Under the pieces are notes generated by a model. The model saw nothing but the letters and a program-made list of their open reading frames with translations. It was not told the origin of the DNA and did not search any database. Both the position numbers and the translations under genes were made by a program. DNA of 63,702 nucleotides, filler included, from Licmophora abbreviata (Eukaryota), in NCBI GenBank assembly GCA_900291995.1. It is 13 parts of 13 records of this genome, joined end to end, with 100 filler letters (N's around TTAATTAATTAA, not from the genome) between each part and the next. Parts side by side here need not be neighbours in the genome. Positions count along the whole stretch, not along the records: positions 58,151 to 60,299 come from OLMU01004170.1; positions 60,400 to 62,391 come from OLMU01004173.1; positions 62,492 to 63,702 come from OLMU01004174.1; 10 more parts are not named here. One strand, given 5' to 3'. Shown here piece by piece: positions 58,335-63,702 of this stretch. Each line of letters starts with the position of its first letter. Position 1 is the first letter of the stretch.

Positions 58335-58546
58335 CGTTCAACAAGCACGACGAGGCCGCCAAGTTTCACGCCATCACAGCCCGGTCGACTTCCATGGCGG
58401 CTGTAACCACACAGAATTCAGAATGGAGAAAAGCGCGCACTCTTTGCGAACGAGACGCGCAACACGTCGGATGCGAGTTTTGATCTCCGGGTGTCTCTTT
58501 GAAACCAGTCTCACAATTTTGACAGAAATCCTCTCTTGCCCTCTTG

Positions 58547-58583
58547 GGCTTCTCATTGCAGTCCAGGCTTCTCATTGCAGTCC
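58547..58583 (+). repeat. 18-bp direct repeat just upstream of the saccharopine-dehydrogenase-like gene
   Basis: GGCTTCTCATTGCAGTCC at 58547-58564 and 58566-58583. Confidence 0.9.
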
Positions 58584-58611
58584 GTACCTCTCATAAAACA
58601 AAAAAATCAAC

Positions 58612-59829
58612 ATGATCTCCAAGACTTCTAACTCTTCCATTGTCAGGATTCTCATTCTCGGTGGATATGGGAATGCAGGCCGTCCACTGGCACGACTCCT
58701 GTTGCGACACGCCCCAACCAACGTTCATGTGATACTGGCCGGTCGCCATGTCAATCGGGCCGAAGAGGTCAGTCGTGAACTGAATCAAGATTCGGGCAAT
58801 ACAGATCGGGTAAGCGGATCTTTTGTGGATGCCAGTGATCCCCAATCTCTTCGTGATGTTTTTCAAAAAGAAGGCCCTATGCAACTGGTCGTGGTGTGTG
58901 CTAGCACGACGGACTACGTGGAGAATGTGGCACGTGCCGCGCTGCAGGCAAAAGTGGATTACTTTGACATTCAGTATTCCAGGAGTAAAGTCGAGTTGCT
59001 TCAGAAGATGGTACCTGTCATACAAGAGGCCGGTCTGTGTTTTATTACCGATGGGGGCGTCTTACCGGGTGTACCATCAGCCATGATTCGACGCGTCGCC
59101 CCTTCCTTTGCCAGACTCGAGACCGCGCGAGTAGCTGGTCTCACACGAATAGATTGGGAAGGTCTTAAGAATGTCAGTTATGAAGTCATGGAAGAGTTCT
59201 CGACTCATATGATCACGAGCGACTGTCTCTTGTACGACAAGGGTGAATGGAAGGAGCCGAGCTTTCGAACTATGTTTCGTAACTTTGACTTTGGAACGCC
59301 GTTTCACAAGCAAAGCTGTATGGGGTTACATTTGGAAGAACTCAGAGAAATTCCTACCATGTATCCTGATATCCAAGAGGTAGGCTTTTACGTGGCAGGT
59401 CTGAATTGGATAGTTGACTTTTTCATCACTCCGATTGTCATGTTGACACTCAAACTTTTGCCAAGCACCAAGCGAGTCATGGGACGGTTTCTCTACTGGG
59501 GCTTACAGACTTTTTCGAAGCCTCCTTATCGTACGATCATGCAAGTGGAAGCAACGGGAGTTGACAAGGACGGCAAGGCGCTCAGCAGGACTCTGAAGGC
59601 TTCCCACGAAAACGGGTATGAAATGACCGCGATTCCCATAGCGGCAGCCTTGTTGCAGTATCTGGATGAGAAGAATTCACTCCGCAAGCCTGGACTGTCA
59701 TTTCAAGGAAATATTGTAGAACCAGTGCGATTCTTAGAGGACATGGAACGCATGGGTGTCGAGATGGAGCCTCCTCTTTCAGATATTCCGAAACGTTTTG
59801 ACACATGCAGATACGATGTGGTTGATTAG
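58612..59829 (+). CDS. Saccharopine dehydrogenase-like NAD(P)-binding oxidoreductase
   Basis: ILILGGYGNAG, ILAGR, VARAALQAKVDYFD, TDGGVLPGVPS, GYEMTAIP. Intronless. Confidence 0.85.
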   Translation: MISKTSNSSIVRILILGGYGNAGRPLARLLLRHAPTNVHVILAGRHVNRAEEVSRELNQDSGNTDRVSGSFVDASDPQSLRDVFQKEGPMQLVVVCASTTDYVENVARAALQAKVDYFDIQYSRSKVELLQKMVPVIQEAGLCFITDGGVLPGVPSAMIRRVAPSFARLETARVAGLTRIDWEGLKNVSYEVMEEFSTHMITSDCLLYDKGEWKEPSFRTMFRNFDFGTPFHKQSCMGLHLEELREIPTMYPDIQEVGFYVAGLNWIVDFFITPIVMLTLKLLPSTKRVMGRFLYWGLQTFSKPPYRTIMQVEATGVDKDGKALSRTLKASHENGYEMTAIPIAAALLQYLDEKNSLRKPGLSFQGNIVEPVRFLEDMERMGVEMEPPLSDIPKRFDTCRYDVVD

Positions 59830-59868
59830 TTAGAGGAGAGACCTAGGAGAGTACAACTCAACCAGCCG

Positions 59869-60291
59869 TTAAGTATCATACTTGGTGAGCACAGCTTCTG
59901 GTCGACTGTATGGTTTACAGACCGCTTTGTAGCCTGGTCCTGTGAACCAGATGTCCCCACTCTGCTTGCGTTCCATCAGTTCAAGGGCGTGCAAAGCGGT
60001 CGAAACAAAGCCTTCCACAGGTCGCATGTTTGGCGGAGGCATCATGAGAGTTGTCGCGGCTGGTGCTACCTCAATGCGGGCAGCGTTCGGGCCAAGCGTT
60101 TCCTTCACAGTAATTTTCGTGTTGAACGTGTTTCCAGCCTTGATGTGGAGCCTGTAGATCATTTCAAGTTCCTTTGTAACTTTCCACAAGACCGGACTGT
60201 CGACCTTGTCCAAAGCAATATCTTCGTTGTTGGTACCCGATGCCTCGATCAGCTCGTATTCTCCTTCAAAGACGTCACTAGACGTGGACAT
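59869..60291 (-). CDS. META/HslJ-like domain protein
   Basis: 140 aa. 'GNTFN...APAATTLMMPPP..RPVE..V..AL' resembles the META 'CN...STMMAC...E' pattern. Confidence 0.6.
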   Translation of the reverse strand: MSTSSDVFEGEYELIEASGTNNEDIALDKVDSPVLWKVTKELEMIYRLHIKAGNTFNTKITVKETLGPNAARIEVAPAATTLMMPPPNMRPVEGFVSTALHALELMERKQSGDIWFTGPGYKAVCKPYSRPEAVLTKYDT

Positions 60292-60399
60292 TTCTCGCCN
60301 NNNNNNNNNNNNNNNNNNNNNNNNNNNNNNNNNNNNNNNNNNNTTAATTAATTAANNNNNNNNNNNNNNNNNNNNNNNNNNNNNNNNNNNNNNNNNNNN

Positions 60400-61272
60400 A
60401 AGGGGTCGTCCCAGAGTTCATCTGGATTCTCCGCGTCGCGATCACGACGCGAACGAGTCTGTGACTCGTCGGGCGGTGGGAGCGCCACCCCTCGCTGCCA
60501 CCTCCCAGCTCCAGTATCGGTGGAAGCACGTCTCGGCTTCACTACTTCTGCGCCCTTAGATCCTGTGGAGCTACTGCGTGGCATACGCTCGCGAGCTGAT
60601 ACAGCCCAGATAGCATCAGGATCAAAGGTGTCCCAGCAAACTATGATACGGAGCAGCGTTCAACGTCGAGTGTTAGCAAAAGGGGCCATGATTCACAGCT
60701 CCAAAAATATCTGAAATCACAAGCCACTCACCGGGATCTTGCGCTTCCTTTGAGAGAATGACTGTGCCTTCCAGGGCCTTTAGGTGTGAAGGGGGGTATT
60801 CTGCGTTCTCGTCTGGAACTGGTCTCTTCGACAGCAACTTCTCTCGAGTGAAACGAATCACCTTAGTCGGCGGCGCACTTTCACTGCTACTCCTAAGACC
60901 AGAAAAGCGCCCTCCCTCCTCCTTTCCACTGACCCCAGAAGAATGACTCCTCCCGAGACTTGCTGCTGGCACGCTTGCTGCCAGATCAGCCAGAGAGCGA
61001 CCGCCTGACTTTCCAGAGGGCGGACTGCGTTGCGAGCGCAAGGCGTCTACACGCGTGTTGGCGGCAGGTACGTCCACATCGTCGTCATCTTCATCGAGCG
61101 CTGCAAACTTGTTCACGTCCCGCTTTGGTGGCTCCTCCTTGCTTCCCGTAGAACCTGAGCGACCCCGCTGCGTCATGCGCTCCGCCCGAACTGCCGGTGG
61201 TGGCTGAAAGCCTCGTCCTCCCTGATTCCACGTCGGTCCGAGGCGTGGCATAGAAGAGCCTGGTGAGCTCAT
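60400..61272 (-). CDS. Low-complexity protein N-terminus, possibly GIGYF/GYF-domain family; remainder in gap
   Basis: Intron 60731-60641. 'VIRFTREKLLSKRP' resembles the eIF4E-family binding motif of GIGYF proteins, followed by 'DPVCWDTFDPDAIW' and 'GRWQRGVALPP'. Confidence 0.5.
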
Positions 61273-62066
61273 GTCTGAAATGAAGAGCTATACAATGCTA
61301 CTATGTAACGACAAGGAGAAGTGACAATGCAAGCGTTAGAGCACTTGCAGGCAATTGGTAGACTGGTATTGTGTGAAATTCGCATGTCAACGAAGACGAC
61401 CCAAACCGGATGTGAGGTGCGTAGTAGAAGTCACGTGGAAAGGTACTGGCGCCAAAGATACAGTTCACCGCCATGAAACACAAGATTCCATTACCGGTAA
61501 CAAACCATTAGCGAAAATGGAATCTCGGGTGACGAGCCGATGCTACAAAAGCAGCGGGAGGCTCATCGTTGCCGCACGGTTTCCCCCGCATGAAACACCT
61601 TCCTTGCAATCTCAGCAAGAAACTCACACACTGCACACCCCAACGGATGTATTCACAAGCATGTCGACATTCAAATTGGTCATCACGACTCTGAAAATGC
61701 CATGGACTCACCGCTTTTCAAGCCCGCTCTAGTCGCCGTCGCTTTTTGACACTTCCGAACCGCCAGATGAAATTCGCCCTTCGGCATAGTGAGACTCCTG
61801 ATTCCTTTTGAAGTGAACAGCGTCCTTCCGCCTCTTCGTTCAACTCTTTCAGACGGTAAGGAATGTACATGTTCTTTGAACTTGACTTCGTGTCTCCATG
61901 ACCATGGTCCGCATGATACCTTGACATACTCTTCCACACTATCAGCAGCCCTTCAATGATAACATGACGGTTGTAGCGTACATTCAGACAACATATCGCA
62001 AGCGCTTATTCTCATGCACGTGCGACGAACAAACTGATTAGTTAGTTTGTTATCAAAAGTCGTTCT

Positions 62067-63046
62067 TTACAAATAAGAATTGCTGCGGAACACCTTGGTA
62101 CGGAGCTTCGAGAAGGTTCCGGTCTCGGTGGTCACAGCAGGATCGCTGCTCATATCGACATCATTGAGCGAGATGACCACGTGTTGGTTTTGAGGAGAGT
62201 TGACCTTCATACCGTTGTCGCCTGCTTGCCAAGAGACAATCTCCGTGCACCAGTTGTAGATCTTGTCGCAGAACGCCTGCATCGGAAGGATCGTGAAGGG
62301 CTCCTCCATCTGGTTCGCAAGCTCCTCGATACCGAACAGAAATGTGGAGATCACAGCCATCGAGGGGATCATGGCGGCGTGGTTCCAGTAGNNNNNNNNN
62401 NNNNNNNNNNNNNNNNNNNNNNNNNNNNNNNNNNNTTAATTAATTAANNNNNNNNNNNNNNNNNNNNNNNNNNNNNNNNNNNNNNNNNNNNGCAAACAGG
62501 GACAAAGATATGAGCAAACTGTCATATCATACCGCTGCTGGTATCCAGTTTGAAATCCAACTTACCGAGAAGCAGTCCGAGGGAGGCGCTGGACAAGGTA
62601 AATGGAGCCAATGGAAGCTTTAGCTGGGGTGCGATTGACTCTTTGAGGGCGCCGGCATGTTGGACGCCCTGTACGTCAGCATAGTCGCCAGTCGCAGCGT
62701 TCCAGGCGACCAGCAGGGCTGCAGCTGCGGTAACGGTGAGAACCTCACCGGCAATGTTCTTGTAGATACCGGACGTGAAGGTAGAGAAAGCATTGCGAAT
62801 GAAACGATCCGGGGCGCGGTGCTTAACCCAATCGTCATGAGTGTAGACCGTACGTCGGTACTTTCGGCTCTCCTCTCCGTAGGACACGTCCTTCGGCATT
62901 GGAATGGCAGGTGGCTGCTTCGTGTTGCCGTAGAGCTTGGTGAGGCTGGCCTTCTCCAGGCCCGAAGGCGCAACGAAGGCGGTGGCTCCGCCGATCTGGG
63001 TGGCGAGGGCACAGACGAAGATGGCTGCTTGGCTCAAACGCATCAT
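62067..63046 (-). CDS. Plastid (thylakoid) bestrophin-like anion channel, UPF0187 type, copy 1 (middle in gap)
   Basis: Presequence ...GGATA|FVAP, YGEESRKYRRTVYTHDDWVKHR, PFTLSSASLGLLL (intron donor 62565), FLFGIEELANQMEEPFTILPM. Confidence 0.92.
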
Positions 63047-63506
63047 TCTCAAAGTGTCTTTCCTGATGAAGTGAATTTTGAGTTTTCGAAAGCGAAGGAC
63101 TGTGAGAAGCGATGACGATGGGGCGTGCCACGCTTGAACTTCAACTTTGAAGCTCAAGATTCTTGCCGTCTGAGAGGCCAGAGTGGGAAACGTGTTCCTG
63201 TCCCACGGCATCTCAAATGACATTTTTCATTTTCAAACTCCCTTTCACTCGTTTTCGCCCTTTGCATCCATCAGTGAAGCTTCTCGGCGCTGCTGTCTCC
63301 ACCTTCCAAGCTTGGAAAAGGAACGCAAGTGGCCGCTGAATTTCACTAGCAGTTTGCTGGACTTGGGTGTTCAAAATACAGCGTGCTATCTACAGTAGAC
63401 ATCAAAATCTGACCCAAAGTAATAAGTGTTGACAAGTAGTCGCAGGAATGGTCTTCATTGACTCCCAATTATCCATAAGTTGTGTTGTGCCACGCAAGAG
63501 GGGCGT

Positions 63507-63702
63507 TTAGTTTGTCTTCATGCTATTGTCCCCTGCTTGCCAAGATACAATCTCCGTACACCAGTTGTAGATCTTGTCGCAGAACGCCTGCATCGGAAGG
63601 ATCGTGAAGGGCTCCTCCATCTGGTTCGCAAGCTCCTCGATACCGAACAGAAAAAGGGAAACAATTGAAATCGATGGAATCATAGCAACATGGTTCCAGG
63701 AA
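63507..63702 (-). CDS. Bestrophin-like protein, copy 2, C-terminal part (gene continues beyond the window)
   Basis: WNHVAMIPSISIVSLFLFGIEELANQMEEPFTILPMQAFCDKIYNWCTEIVSWQAGDNSMKTN*, with the stop at 63507-63509. Confidence 0.88.
   Translation of the reverse strand, partial: SWNHVAMIPSISIVSLFLFGIEELANQMEEPFTILPMQAFCDKIYNWCTEIVSWQAGDNSMKTN

Noticed and set aside
3104..62491. Regularly recurring TTAATTAATTAA flanked by Ns, superficially a repeat family or array
   Set aside because: Fixed 100-nt construct with stops in all frames: an assembly linker, not biology.
63047..63500. Search for TGACGT/ACGTCA CO2-cAMP response elements upstream of bestrophin copy 1
   Set aside because: No exact copy seen in this interval.
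1..63702. Transposons, tRNA/rRNA genes, CRISPR arrays
   Set aside because: No RT, integrase or transposase motifs, LTRs/TIRs, cloverleaf/T-loop contexts or spaced direct repeats were detected by eye.

Overview
Gene-dense eukaryotic nuclear DNA, almost certainly from a diatom, probably pennate. Evidence: short GT-AG introns, bipartite signal-plus-ASAF plastid presequences, three heat-shock-factor paralogs, and a nucleus-encoded plastid sigma factor, PsbW and bestrophins. It is a draft scaffold with twelve artificial 100-nt spacers (N44-TTAATTAATTAA-N44) and several single-base homopolymer frameshifts that look like sequencing errors. About 37 protein-coding genes can be supported: HSF x3, a Popeye-domain-like protein, an ARM-like protein, an ABCC/MRP transporter, a plastid-targeted double SnoaL protein, an M11 metalloprotease with Cys repeats, a torsin-like AAA+ protein, DDX11/CHL1, NBS1, sigma-70, PsbW, an APC15-like protein, an ODC-like protein, PPR-SMR, thioesterase, SDR, a CAP59-like glycosyltransferase, NIPA, sulfotransferase, a rhomboid-like protein, NPL4, WKF, CCT, SLX9, ADAT2, a saccharopine-dehydrogenase-like protein, META, a GIGYF-like protein and two tandem bestrophins. 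I found no rRNA, tRNA, CRISPR array or transposon, and no single operon-like novel system. The best leads are a recognisable but divergent NBS1 and APC15, an ODC paralog lacking the catalytic Cys, a shared upstream motif (CACGTAGGA / GTAG-N-CTAC) before the HSF, PsbW and CCT genes, and a bestrophin tandem with an apparent gene-conversion tract.
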